A stretch of DNA of 24,402 bases from positions 1 through 24,402 of IMG/VR virus record IMGVR_UViG_3300012942_000130. The stretch is one strand, 5' to 3'. The first letter of the stretch is position 1. Every line of letters begins with the position of its first letter. The notes beneath the pieces were generated by a model. It made no database searches. It saw nothing but the letters and a program-made list of their open reading frames with translations, and was not told where the DNA came from. Below, piece after piece: positions 13,771-24,013 of this stretch. The translations under genes and the position numbers were made by a program. The DNA comes from a virus. Taxonomy: Duplodnaviria > Caudoviricetes.

Positions 13771-14376
13771 ATGCCAACGTGGGGTGAAGAGGCGGAAGCC
13801 GCTCGTCAGCTCAACCAGCCTGACGGCGACGGTGAGTACCTGCTCGCCGTGCCTGACCCGTCCAAGGGCTTCAAGTCACGTGGACGGTGGCGGGACGCTG
13901 AGGCCGCGCGTCTCAAGGCAACCGGCATGACGCTGGAGCAGATCGCCGCAGAGCTGGGCCTCGACAAGCCCAACCCGGAGAACGGCCCCACCAGGGTTGC
14001 CGCCGCGATCAAGCGGGCGATGGGTGAGATGGCTCGGTTCGCCAACGACGAGATGCGGATGATGGAGCTCCGCAGCCTCGACGAGCTCGAGTGGATCGCC
14101 TGGCAGACCCTGAAGAAGAGCCACGTGGTGGTCAGTCAGGGACGCGTCGTCATCCACGACGAGACCGGTGTTCCCGTGGAGGACGACCGCTTCGTCCTGG
14201 AGACCATCGACCGCATCCTGAAGCTCAAGGAGCGTCGCGCCAAGCTCATGGGCCTGGACGCCCCGATCCGTCGCGAGGTCATCACGATGGACTCCATCGA
14301 GAACGAGATCAAGAAGCTCGAGTCGGAGCTTCAGGCTAGCCACGGCAGCCAGGGTCTCACCGACATGCTGGGGTAA
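13771..14376 (+). CDS. terS: terminase small subunit (HTH)
   Basis: G.TLEQIAAELG HTH; IDRILKLKERRAKLMGLDAP; directly upstream of TerL. Confidence 0.75.
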   Translation: MPTWGEEAEAARQLNQPDGDGEYLLAVPDPSKGFKSRGRWRDAEAARLKATGMTLEQIAAELGLDKPNPENGPTRVAAAIKRAMGEMARFANDEMRMMELRSLDELEWIAWQTLKKSHVVVSQGRVVIHDETGVPVEDDRFVLETIDRILKLKERRAKLMGLDAPIRREVITMDSIENEIKKLESELQASHGSQGLTDMLG

Positions 14377-14385
14377 GATCCAGCC

Positions 14386-15984
14386 ATGCCCACCCTGGAA
14401 GAGCTCAAGCTTCAGCGTCTGCAGTACCTTCAGGAGCTGCAGTCGAAGGCCGCTGGCCTCAAGAAGGGCGTGGAGCAATACCTCCACAACCCGGTCGGCT
14501 TCATGCATGACTGCGTGGACTGGGGTGATGAGGGCGGCCTGACCTTCTACCAGGAGGACATCATGGCCCTCCTGGAGGAGAAGCGGCGCATCTCCGTCCG
14601 TGGTCCCCACGGCCTCGGCAAGTCCGCCGTCTCCGCCCTCACGGTGCTGTGGTTTGCCGTAACGCGAGACGCGGCCGGCGTCGACTGGAAGGTCGTCACG
14701 ACCGCAGGCGCCTGGCGGCAGCTCATCAACTACCTGTGGCCGGAGATCCGCAAGTGGTCGATGAAGCTGCGGTGGGACAAGATCCGTGGCCACCCGTTCA
14801 CCGGCTCTGAGCTGCTGAACCTGCAGCTTCGGCTCAAGCACGGCAACGCCTTCGCCGCTGCAGCTTCGAACCCTCAGCTCATCGAGGGTGCCCACGCTGA
14901 CTCGCTGCTCTTCGTCTACGACGAGTCGAAGGCCATCTTCGCCGGCACGTTCGACGCCTGTGAGGGTGCCTTCTCCGGCACCGGTGAGTCGTACGTCATG
15001 GCACTCTCCACGCCTGGTCCGCCGCAGGGTCGCTTCTACGACATCCAGTCGAGGAAGCCCGGCTACGAGGACTGGGCGGTCAAGCACGTCACGCTCGATG
15101 AGGCCATGCGGGCCAACCGCATCTCACCGGAGTGGGCCGAGCAGCGCAAGCTTCAGTGGGGCGAACACAGCGCCCTCTATCAGAACCGCGTCCTTGGTCA
15201 GTTCTACGCCGGTGAGGAAGACTCAGTCGTCCCGCTCAGTTGGGTGGAGGCGGCCAACGAGCGCTGGCACGAGTGGCAGCTCAACGGCAAGGTGGACCCG
15301 GGCGCGCCACACACCCTGGGTGTCGACGTCGCCCGCAGTGGCAACGACAAGACCTGCTTCGCCATCCGGTGGGGTCACGTCATCACCGAGATCCGTGACT
15401 ACACCCACAACGACACCATGGTCACCACGGGTCGTGTCCAGGGCATCCTGGAGAACGACCCGTCGATGACCGCCATCGTCGACGTCGTCGGCGTCGGTGG
15501 TGGTGTGGTTGACCGTCTGCGGGAGATGGGCGCCAAGGTGCAGCCCTTCACCGCGTCCGCTCGCAGCCGCAACCGCGACAAGACCGGTGAGCTCGGCTTC
15601 CTCAACACTAGGGCCGCCGCCTGGTGGAACCTGCGAGAGCTGCTCGACCCGTCAGCGGGCTCCATCATCGCGCTGCCGCCAGACGACGACCTCCTGGGTG
15701 ATCTTACGGCGCCCAAGGCCGCTGAGCCTCAGTCAGGTGGTAAGCTGAAGATCGAGTCGAAGGACGAGATCAAGAAGCGGATCGGTCGCTCCACCGACCG
15801 TGCAGACGCCGTCGTCCAGGCGTTCTGGACGGAGATGGGCAACTGGCACGACGCCTACGGCACCGCTCGATGCGACAACTGCGAGCGAGCCTTCCTGACA
15901 AAGGTGGACGGCGTCGTTCGCGACAAGTGTCCGCATTGTGGCTTCCTCGTTCTCGACGGTGACATCGACGAGGAGATCGAGTGA
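14386..15984 (+). CDS. terL: terminase large subunit
   Basis: Walker A GPHGLGKS, Walker B VYDES, coupling motif ALSTP, nuclease GVDVARSGND and STDRADA; C-terminal CDNC...CPHC. Confidence 0.95.
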   Translation: MPTLEELKLQRLQYLQELQSKAAGLKKGVEQYLHNPVGFMHDCVDWGDEGGLTFYQEDIMALLEEKRRISVRGPHGLGKSAVSALTVLWFAVTRDAAGVDWKVVTTAGAWRQLINYLWPEIRKWSMKLRWDKIRGHPFTGSELLNLQLRLKHGNAFAAAASNPQLIEGAHADSLLFVYDESKAIFAGTFDACEGAFSGTGESYVMALSTPGPPQGRFYDIQSRKPGYEDWAVKHVTLDEAMRANRISPEWAEQRKLQWGEHSALYQNRVLGQFYAGEEDSVVPLSWVEAANERWHEWQLNGKVDPGAPHTLGVDVARSGNDKTCFAIRWGHVITEIRDYTHNDTMVTTGRVQGILENDPSMTAIVDVVGVGGGVVDRLREMGAKVQPFTASARSRNRDKTGELGFLNTRAAAWWNLRELLDPSAGSIIALPPDDDLLGDLTAPKAAEPQSGGKLKIESKDEIKKRIGRSTDRADAVVQAFWTEMGNWHDAYGTARCDNCERAFLTKVDGVVRDKCPHCGFLVLDGDIDEEIE

Positions 15985-16163
15985 ACACTTACAGTGTCAT
16001 CTACGTGTCGGTCAACGCGGACATCACCGTGACTGTCACCGCCAAGGAGTTCCTCTTCGAGGGCGGCTCAGTCGTCTTCGTGGACGACACCGGTCAGGCG
16101 GTCCTGTCCGTGCCCACCACGCGTCAGCCGGTCATCACGCGCACCGCGGTTGGTAGCGCGTGA
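15981..16163 (+). CDS. hypothetical protein (60 aa)
   Basis: GTGA-coupled, AGGAG RBS. Confidence 0.6.
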   Translation: MNTYSVIYVSVNADITVTVTAKEFLFEGGSVVFVDDTGQAVLSVPTTRQPVITRTAVGSA

Positions 16164-16339
16164 ACGACAAGATCTTCCACGGTACCCCTCGTCCGCTGCC
16201 TCGCGTCCTCTTCTGCCACGTGCCTGCGCACTGGTGCGGCCGTCACTGGACGGCGAACACCGCGGAGCAGTACGACGAGGCGGTCAAGGCTCGCGTCAAC
16301 CATGAGCAGCTCTGCTCGGGAGCGCGAGGCGTCGCGTGA
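16160..16339 (+). CDS. hypothetical protein (59 aa, Cys/His)
   Basis: GTGA-coupled at both ends; fills the gap exactly. Confidence 0.55.
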   Translation: MNDKIFHGTPRPLPRVLFCHVPAHWCGRHWTANTAEQYDEAVKARVNHEQLCSGARGVA

Positions 16340-16590
16340 ACGACCTCAGCGACGATGAGCGGGACGCCGCGCGCTCGATCTTTGAGGGCCAGGTGGAGGG
16401 CAAGAGTGCCTGTCACTTCTGTGCTGGCATCCACGCCACGGTCGCCGGCCTGGAGCCGCATCGTCAGCCGTGTCCCCGCATCCATCGGATCGAGCGTCAT
16501 ACCGACGGTACCGTCCTGGTCCTGGAGTTCTGGCCACCTGGCCACTGGGAAGACAACGTGATCTTCCCGCACGACGTCTACGACGAGTAG
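16336..16590 (+). CDS. hypothetical protein (84 aa, CHFC...H...C)
   Basis: Coupled start, GC3 bias. Confidence 0.65.
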   Translation: MNDLSDDERDAARSIFEGQVEGKSACHFCAGIHATVAGLEPHRQPCPRIHRIERHTDGTVLVLEFWPPGHWEDNVIFPHDVYDE

Positions 16591-16604
16591 GAGGCGCTGC
16601 GGCG

Positions 16605-16973
16605 ATGCTGTTGCCGAACAACTACACGGTCGTCGCCGCAGCCGACTCTCAGTGGTCGCTGACGTTCACGATCCAGAACGACGATGGAACCATCGCCGAT
16701 CTCACGAACAAGACCTTCGAGTTCGTGGTGCGCAACCGACTGAATCGAGTCGGTGTGGTGCTCTTCTCCGTCAACGACACCGTGTCAACCGCGTACGGCA
16801 CCATCACGGTAGACGTGATGACCGCCACGGTTCAGGTCATCCTGACGCCAACCGCAACCGGCTCGATCCCTGAGGGTGGCGGCCCATACACGCTTTGGAT
16901 GGACCCGAACTTGTCAGACGCCACCGCGCTCGTCGCGGGCACGTTCTACGCCAACCCCGTCGCCGCGGCCTGA
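16605..16973 (+). CDS. beta-sandwich virion-associated protein (BppU N-terminal-like, inferred)
   Basis: AGGAGG RBS; alternating beta pattern, DLT motif; precedes the fibre gene. Confidence 0.6.
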   Translation: MLLPNNYTVVAAADSQWSLTFTIQNDDGTIADLTNKTFEFVVRNRLNRVGVVLFSVNDTVSTAYGTITVDVMTATVQVILTPTATGSIPEGGGPYTLWMDPNLSDATALVAGTFYANPVAAA

Positions 16974-16982
16974 GGAGGAACA

Positions 16983-19900
16983 GTGGTCAACGTCGTCATC
17001 AGCACCGCTGGCACCTCCGGGCCGCGTGGCAACAGCCTGCTCAGTGGCGTGGGTGCGCCATCGAACTCACTCGGGTTCGACGGTGACTGGTACCTCAACA
17101 CGCTGAACGTCAACGAGATCTTCGGGCCGAAGGCCGCCGGCGTCTGGCCGGCGCCGGTGCCGTTCGGCAGCACCGTCACGAACAACTTCACCGCCACAAC
17201 CGACCCGTCCGTCAACGACGACAGCTCACAGGGCTACTCAGTCGGTTCAGCGTGGGTGAACACGGTCACCAACGTCTACTTCATCAGCAGCAACGTCGAC
17301 GTCGCCAGTGCCATCTGGACCCCCGTACTGCCCGTCGGCACCACCGCTGGAACCGTCGCCGCGGGTGATGACTCTCGAATCACCGGCGCGATTCAGACTG
17401 GCGCGACTGCCGGCGGTGACCTGGGCGGCACACTCCCCAACCCGCAGGTCGTGGCCACGCACCTGAGCGCGCCTCTGCCGCTCGGCCAGGGTGGCACGGG
17501 CAGTACCACGCAGAACTTCGTGGACCTGACGACCAACCAGAACGTGGGCGGTGCCAAGACCTTCACCGATCGATTGCTGGTGAGCAACCCACCCGTCGGT
17601 GCAGATGATGTGGTCAATCTCGGTTTCGTTCAGGGTCTCTCTGCCGGCATCGTGATTCATCAGGAGGTCGCGGCAGCCACGCTCACCGCGCTTCCAGCCA
17701 ACACCTACTTCAACGGCGCAAGTGGCGTGGGTGCGACACTCACCGCCAACGCGCCTGGTGTCCTCGTCATCGACGACTACACCGTGCTGCTGGGTGACCG
17801 TCTGTGGGTCAAGAACGAGGTAGCACCAGCCAACAACGGCATCTACACGGTGACCACCCTGGGCACCGTCTCGGTGCCGTACGTGCTGACTCGTGCCACT
17901 GACATGGATGAGCCGTCTGAGATTCCCGGCGCTGGTGCCCTGGTGGACAACGGCACCGTCAACAAGGGCAGTGGCTTCACCGTCTTCGGCACCGGTCCGT
18001 GGACCATCGGCACAACCGCGATCAACATCACGCAGTTCTCCTCACCCGGCTTCGTCAACGTCGGCATCGGCCTGCGACAGGTCGGCAACACGATCAGCCT
18101 CGAGACGCCGGTCGATCCGTCCAACCTGCCTGAGGCGACGTCAGCCACGTACGGTGTTGTGCAGCTGAACACCGACCTGAGCGGCACAGCCACGAACCCG
18201 CAGGTTGTTGCCACGCACTTGACGGCGCCACTGCCGTTGACCCAGGGTGGTCTTGACGCCTCAACCGCCGCTGGTGGCCGTACCACACTCGGTCTCGGTA
18301 CCTCATCCACTGAGGATGTCTCCACCTCAGCGGCTGACTTTCAGCCACTCGGCATTCAGTCTCCCGGCTCAACCGGCAGGGTTGCGGATGCCGGCCATGT
18401 TCATCCCACCGACGGCGTCGTACTGATGACTGACGCCGCGGGCACCGTGGTTAGTGAGACCAGTTACGGTCAGTCGACCGTGGTGGGCGTCAGCACCAAC
18501 TACGCTCGTCAGGACCACTCACACGGCTCACCCGCGTTGACGAGCACTCCTCCCGCCACCACGGAGGGCATCGGGCAGGCGGCGGCGGTTGGTACCGCAA
18601 CTGACCCGGCCAGGGCTGACCACGTTCACCCCCTGGCTGCGGCCGGCACCCCGACCACGTCAGCGGTTGGTGACAGTCCATCCACCGGTAACGCCACCAC
18701 GTTCGCAGCCTCAAACCACGTTCACGGCCGTGAGGCGTTCGGATCGGTCACCCCGCTGTCCGCGTTCGGAACCTCAGCCAGTAACGGCACTGCCACCACG
18801 GTATCGCACTCCGATCACTCACACGGTGCACCGGCGCTTCCGTCGGCCACTACGGGTGCTCAGGGCGTCGTGCAGCTTGCTGGCGACCTGGGTGGCACCG
18901 CCGCCTCACCAAGTGTTCTCAAGGTCAACGGCACGAGCGTGCCAACGACGCCTACCACTGGTCAGGTGCTAACGGCCACGAGTGGAACGAGTGCCACCTG
19001 GCAGAGCCCCACCGCTGCTGGTCCAGCGGGTGGTGACCTCAGTGGCACCTACCCGAACCCAACGGTGGTCAAGGTCAACGGCACGCCAGTCACGGGAACG
19101 CCGACGTTCGGACAGGCGATCCGTGCCACGAGTCCGACCGCAGCGTCGTGGGGTTTCCTGCCGAACTTCATCAGCACCGGTCTGTCAACCGGTGGTGTGA
19201 TGACGCAGAACGGCAGCCTCGCCAACGCGTTCGACATCACGGCGGCTGTCGGCTACATCGCGGACTACACCACTAGTCCAACGGCGCCCACGGTGGTTCA
19301 GGTCAACATCGCGGGTCAGACGGTCACTCTGAGTGGCGCTCAGACCACTCGAGTCGTCAACTACTGGTACGCCGACAGCACTGGAACGATTCAGGCACAG
19401 GCCACGCCACTGACGTCGGTACAGAAGCGGCAGAACATCAACCTGGGCATCACCTGGTCTGTCACGGGCACCGGCAACCTGTACGAGATCATGTCCAATG
19501 GCATCATCCAGAACCAGCCTGGACCGAGTCGAGCCGGCATCATGCAGGCTCTTGGCGTGTTCTCCACGTCTGGAACCGGTGGCAATGTCATCACGCCCAA
19601 CGGCGCCAACCTGAGCATCAACAAGTCAGCTGGCAACCTGTTCGGTCCGGCCATCGGGTACTTCGCCACCGGCGCCAACAACCCAGATCAGATTGCCTCA
19701 CCTGCTGAGACGGTGGCGACGGTTCGCTACGTCACGCAGTTGGGCAACTCAGAGTCGGCGACACGCACCACCATCGACGTCGGCAACTACGACGTGGGTG
19801 GCGTGGTCACCGCGGTTCCAGGCGGTGGCGCCAACTCCACCATTCAGCGTGTGTTCGTGTTGCCCTCCGGGGTGGCGGGCGCTCAGCTGATCGTGCAGTA

Positions 19901-20090
19901 CGGCACGGTGGTCTACTCCAGCTTGGCCAACGCGGTGGCAGCCATCGGCTTGGAGGCGTTCACCCCGTGTCCAGACCTCAGCAACCACGCGGCGTTCCTC
20001 TGCTACATGGCGGTTGAGAAGGGTGCCACCCAGCTCAACAACGCTGGTCAGGCAACCTTCCGCACCGCGTCACGCTTCGCCAACCCGTAA
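16983..20090 (+). CDS. fibre-like virion structural protein (1035 aa)
   Basis: G/T/S/A-rich; N-terminal G.GAPS...G.DGDWYL; repeated GDL(G/S)GT..(N/S)P and HxH repeats. Confidence 0.8.
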   Translation: MVNVVISTAGTSGPRGNSLLSGVGAPSNSLGFDGDWYLNTLNVNEIFGPKAAGVWPAPVPFGSTVTNNFTATTDPSVNDDSSQGYSVGSAWVNTVTNVYFISSNVDVASAIWTPVLPVGTTAGTVAAGDDSRITGAIQTGATAGGDLGGTLPNPQVVATHLSAPLPLGQGGTGSTTQNFVDLTTNQNVGGAKTFTDRLLVSNPPVGADDVVNLGFVQGLSAGIVIHQEVAAATLTALPANTYFNGASGVGATLTANAPGVLVIDDYTVLLGDRLWVKNEVAPANNGIYTVTTLGTVSVPYVLTRATDMDEPSEIPGAGALVDNGTVNKGSGFTVFGTGPWTIGTTAINITQFSSPGFVNVGIGLRQVGNTISLETPVDPSNLPEATSATYGVVQLNTDLSGTATNPQVVATHLTAPLPLTQGGLDASTAAGGRTTLGLGTSSTEDVSTSAADFQPLGIQSPGSTGRVADAGHVHPTDGVVLMTDAAGTVVSETSYGQSTVVGVSTNYARQDHSHGSPALTSTPPATTEGIGQAAAVGTATDPARADHVHPLAAAGTPTTSAVGDSPSTGNATTFAASNHVHGREAFGSVTPLSAFGTSASNGTATTVSHSDHSHGAPALPSATTGAQGVVQLAGDLGGTAASPSVLKVNGTSVPTTPTTGQVLTATSGTSATWQSPTAAGPAGGDLSGTYPNPTVVKVNGTPVTGTPTFGQAIRATSPTAASWGFLPNFISTGLSTGGVMTQNGSLANAFDITAAVGYIADYTTSPTAPTVVQVNIAGQTVTLSGAQTTRVVNYWYADSTGTIQAQATPLTSVQKRQNINLGITWSVTGTGNLYEIMSNGIIQNQPGPSRAGIMQALGVFSTSGTGGNVITPNGANLSINKSAGNLFGPAIGYFATGANNPDQIASPAETVATVRYVTQLGNSESATRTTIDVGNYDVGGVVTAVPGGGANSTIQRVFVLPSGVAGAQLIVQYGTVVYSSLANAVAAIGLEAFTPCPDLSNHAAFLCYMAVEKGATQLNNAGQATFRTASRFANP

Positions 20091-20102
20091 CCGAGGAGCA
20101 AC

Positions 20103-20465
20103 GTGAGCACTTCCACCGTCACGGGGTCGGGTGTCCTGACCACGTTGATGATCAGCAGTGGAACCAACCTGGTTGTTCCACAGTTTCAGTACGTGTCTCT
20201 GCTTCAGAGCACGGATGTCACGATAACCGCTTCCGGTACCACGGTGCTTCTTCTAGGACGCGTGGAAACCACCAACGACGCGCAGTGCTCCGTTGAGGTG
20301 AGCGTCGACGGCACGAACGTCTACACCGATGGTGCGGGCCTGCAGATCATCCTCAAGCTTCCGTTGACCGCGGGATCTCACACCGTGGTGTTTAGGGCGT
20401 TCGGCCTGGCCAACGACATTACCGCTGAGGTATTCGGGCTGACTGCGATCGACCTGGGCCTGTAG
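20103..20465 (+). CDS. beta-rich structural protein (120 aa)
   Basis: GAGGAG RBS; LTAGSHTV Ig-like motif. Confidence 0.65.
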   Translation: MSTSTVTGSGVLTTLMISSGTNLVVPQFQYVSLLQSTDVTITASGTTVLLLGRVETTNDAQCSVEVSVDGTNVYTDGAGLQIILKLPLTAGSHTVVFRAFGLANDITAEVFGLTAIDLGL

Positions 20466-20527
20466 AGAACCATCCGAGGTTGAGACGTAACGTTGCCACC
20501 GCAACGTGTTAAGATCTGCAGAAGGAG

Positions 20528-23500
20528 GTGACCGTGGCGTCTCGCGGATCCATCATCAGCAGTGCCAAGCACATCCCGGGCGGTGCCCGGCCAACGGCTG
20601 CGCCACAGGGCAGCGGTCCCAACTTCGGCGCGGTCTCACCACTCGCTCGACAGCTGGACACCGGCGGTCCTCAGGGCGGTGACTGGACTCGTGCCTACGG
20701 TGGCTTCCTTCCCCGACCGTCCAGTGACTTCACCGAGGGCGCGTTCGGACCGTTCAGTCCGATCCTCCCGGTACCCGTTGACGCGCCCCCACCGGGCGCT
20801 GAGCGGGCTGAACCGCGCCGGGAGGAGTACCGGGTTGGCTGGAACCTCCCGGTGGGTCAGCCGGGCACAGAGGGCATCAAGCTCGCCGACTTCGGTACCC
20901 TGCGTACCCTGGCCGACCTCTACTCGGTGGCACGCGCGTGCATCCAGCTTCGCAAGGCGGAGATCCGTGGCCTGGAGTGGGACATCATGCCCACTCATGA
21001 TGCCGCCAAGTCGATGCGCAACGATCACGCGGCGATGAAGGACTTCGGTGAGCGTCGCGCCAAGGCGATCAAGTTCTTCCGTCGCCCCGACCCCGACTAC
21101 TTCTCGTGGAACTCGTGGATCGACGCGGTTCTCGAGGAGGTCTTCGTCTACGACGCCCTGTCCATCCTGATCCGGCCGAAGTGGCTCAAGGGACGCGGCA
21201 AGGGCCTTCTCGGCAGTGACCTGGACAGTCTGAACCTCATCAGCGGCCCGACCATCCGGCCGCTGTATGACATCAACGGCTCGTACCCACGGCCACCTGC
21301 ACCCGCGTACCAGCAGTACCTCTACGGCGTGCCGCGCTCCGACCTCATGACGATGATCACGGAACGTGACATCGAGGAGGCCGGGCTCAGCGGTGCTGAG
21401 CTGAAGTCCTTCCGTGGTGACCAGCTGCTGTACCTGCCGATGACCCCGCGGCGGTGGACGCCATACGGCTTCCCGCCCATCGAGCGCGCGCTCATCCCGG
21501 TGATGTCCGGCCTTCAGAAGCAGGCGTACCAGCTGGACTACTTCCGCGAGGGCACCGTCCCCGCGGTCTTCGTCTCACCTGGCGGCAGCAACCAGAACAT
21601 GACGCCGAACCAGATCCGCGAGCTGCAGGACGCACTCAACGCCATCGCTGGTGACCCAGCGTGGAAGCACAAGATCATCGTGCTGCCCGCCGACTCGAAC
21701 GTCATGCCGCAGAAGCAGGCGCAGATCGCCGACCAGTTCGACGAGATCGTCATGAACCAGGTCTGCATGGCCTTCGACGTGCAGCCGATGGAACTCGGCA
21801 TCATGCCGAAGGTCTCCACCAGCGTCTCGCCCGGCGCGGCCAACCAGATGTCCAAGGCCACGCAGGACATTCACGAGCGCAAGGCCACCAAGCCGATGCT
21901 CACCTTCCTGGCCGACATCATGACCAGCGTTCTGCGCGAGGTCGCCGGCCAGGACGACATGAAGTTCGTCTTCGAGGGCCTCACTGAGGAAGAGGACGAG
22001 GCGGTGGCAACCGAGCTGCTGGTCAAGCAGATCGGTGCTGGTCTTCGCTCCATCGATGAGGGGCGCGAGAAGCTCAACCTGCAGCCCTGGGGCCTCCCCG
22101 AGACCTCCGACCCCGGCTGGTCCACCCCGAACGGCTGGGTGCCACTCGTGGAGGCCACCGAGGCGCGTCTCACCGACGCCGTGGCTGGACCACTCATGGA
22201 CCTGCCGGAGGGCGCCCCACGAGCCACTCAGATGCTCACGGGTGCCCCACCACAGGGCATGCCACCCACGGAGCAGGCGATCGGCTACGTGCCACCAGCC
22301 GCACCGGGCGCCACCAAGCCTGGCAAGACGCCGCCATCCGCTGGCGTCGCACCGTCAGCCAGCGCCGCCGGCATGAAGCCACGGGTCAACCCGATCATGT
22401 CGGGCCGTCCGCGTGCCATGGCGAGTGGTCAGGGTGCCGGTGCGAGCGCGTCGCCTGGTCACACCGCGGCCACCGCGTCCGGTGGCCGCAAGCCGGTGGC
22501 GGCCGGCAAGGCGAAGGCGATCGACTCTGAGCTTGACGCCCTGGCTCGCCATGTTCGCAAGGGTCGCGACATCTCCAGCTGGTCACCGCGTCACGTCACC
22601 TGGCCATTCCTGGCGGAGATCGCCCGTGAGGCGATCGAGGTGGACATCGACACCGCGATCAACGTCGTCAAGGCGTCGCGTCGCGTCGACCTCAACGGTC
22701 AGGTCACGTACGTGGTCGAGGACCCATCGACCCAGGTGCCGATGTACAACGCGGCTGGCGCCGGTGGTCGAGTCTTCCCGGCTCACGACGTGGACGACAC
22801 CGAGGTACCGACCCAGGACGTCCAGGCCGGCCGCATGCCCGCGTACAGCCGTCCCACCGAGGTCCCGGGTGGCACACCCGGGATCAGCGCAGGCGGGGAG
22901 CCACCTCGATGGGCGCCGCCTGAGGGCACGTCGAGCGGCAACACGTTCAGCGGCACCACCTACTCAGAGCCGCCCAACGGCGGCAACGACGCGGCGATGC
23001 CTGACCGTCGAGGCCGACAGCCCAGTCAGGGTGGCGGCCCACGTGGCCCACAGCAGGATGTCTGGCCGCGAGCGATCGGTGGCCCGGGTGGCGGCCGTCA
23101 CCAGGCCGGCGTCGACAGTCCACCCGGCACGGTGAAGGGCGTCGTGGGTGGCGCTCCCGCCGCTGAGGTTCACGCGGTCATGGCGCGGAACTTTCCACCA
23201 GACGCCATCGAGTGGGTCAACGACGCGCAGTGGACGATGGAGCTCGTGCCGCTTCACGACGTCGACTTCGACAGCGAGGACAGCTGGGCCGCTCATCACC
23301 AGGAGGACCGCGTTCACCACTTCGCTCAGCAGATCGAGAGTGGAGAGAGCGTCAAGCCCGCGATCATGGTGCGAGTCCCCGGTAAGCACCGGCTGCGCAT
23401 CGTGGATGGCCACCACCGCACCCTGGCCTATCGCCTGCTCGGCAAGCCGGTACGCGCCTTCGTCGGTGCCGTTCCGGAGGGCGATGACCGGTGGATGGAG

Positions 23501-24013
23501 ACTCACAGCTCTCAGCTGCACCAGGGCAGCGATCCGGCCAACAAGGGCAAGAAGGCGACTGACATCGTCGCCGCTGGAGTTGCTCTCGTTGCCGGTGACA
23601 CTGGTCGGGTGTTGATGCTGCAGCGCGCCATTGAGAAGAACGGCAAGGCATCCGGCAAGTGGGAGCTTCCCGGAGGCAAGCTCGACCCCGGTGAAACTCC
23701 ACTCGAAGCGGCCAAGCGTGAGTGGTCGGAAGAGGTTGGTTGTGCGTTCCCAGAGAACGTGGAGCTGGCCGGTGCCTGGACCACGCCTGATGGCGTCTAC
23801 CGTGGCTTCGTCTTCGAGATCGCGCATGAGGCCGACATCGACATCTTCGATGGACGTGACGAGGTGGAAAACCCAGATGACCCCGATGGCGAGAAGCCGG
23901 AGGCGGTCGCCTGGTGGGACCTGAAGCTGCTGCGAGGCAACCCTGCGGTTCGCAAGGAGCTCCTGGCGAACTTGGACCTGATGCTCAACGCGATGGGACG
24001 CCACGGTGGCTAA
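20528..24013 (+). CDS. portal protein fused to low-complexity linker, ParB-like domain and Nudix hydrolase
   Basis: Portal: PYGFPPIERA, YFREGTVPA, VCMAFDVQPMELG, SIDEGREKLNL.P. ParB-like: IVDGHHR. Nudix box GGKLDPGETPLEAAKREWSEEVG. Confidence 0.88.
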   Translation: MTVASRGSIISSAKHIPGGARPTAAPQGSGPNFGAVSPLARQLDTGGPQGGDWTRAYGGFLPRPSSDFTEGAFGPFSPILPVPVDAPPPGAERAEPRREEYRVGWNLPVGQPGTEGIKLADFGTLRTLADLYSVARACIQLRKAEIRGLEWDIMPTHDAAKSMRNDHAAMKDFGERRAKAIKFFRRPDPDYFSWNSWIDAVLEEVFVYDALSILIRPKWLKGRGKGLLGSDLDSLNLISGPTIRPLYDINGSYPRPPAPAYQQYLYGVPRSDLMTMITERDIEEAGLSGAELKSFRGDQLLYLPMTPRRWTPYGFPPIERALIPVMSGLQKQAYQLDYFREGTVPAVFVSPGGSNQNMTPNQIRELQDALNAIAGDPAWKHKIIVLPADSNVMPQKQAQIADQFDEIVMNQVCMAFDVQPMELGIMPKVSTSVSPGAANQMSKATQDIHERKATKPMLTFLADIMTSVLREVAGQDDMKFVFEGLTEEEDEAVATELLVKQIGAGLRSIDEGREKLNLQPWGLPETSDPGWSTPNGWVPLVEATEARLTDAVAGPLMDLPEGAPRATQMLTGAPPQGMPPTEQAIGYVPPAAPGATKPGKTPPSAGVAPSASAAGMKPRVNPIMSGRPRAMASGQGAGASASPGHTAATASGGRKPVAAGKAKAIDSELDALARHVRKGRDISSWSPRHVTWPFLAEIAREAIEVDIDTAINVVKASRRVDLNGQVTYVVEDPSTQVPMYNAAGAGGRVFPAHDVDDTEVPTQDVQAGRMPAYSRPTEVPGGTPGISAGGEPPRWAPPEGTSSGNTFSGTTYSEPPNGGNDAAMPDRRGRQPSQGGGPRGPQQDVWPRAIGGPGGGRHQAGVDSPPGTVKGVVGGAPAAEVHAVMARNFPPDAIEWVNDAQWTMELVPLHDVDFDSEDSWAAHHQEDRVHHFAQQIESGESVKPAIMVRVPGKHRLRIVDGHHRTLAYRLLGKPVRAFVGAVPEGDDRWMETHSSQLHQGSDPANKGKKATDIVAAGVALVAGDTGRVLMLQRAIEKNGKASGKWELPGGKLDPGETPLEAAKREWSEEVGCAFPENVELAGAWTTPDGVYRGFVFEIAHEADIDIFDGRDEVENPDDPDGEKPEAVAWWDLKLLRGNPAVRKELLANLDLMLNAMGRHGG

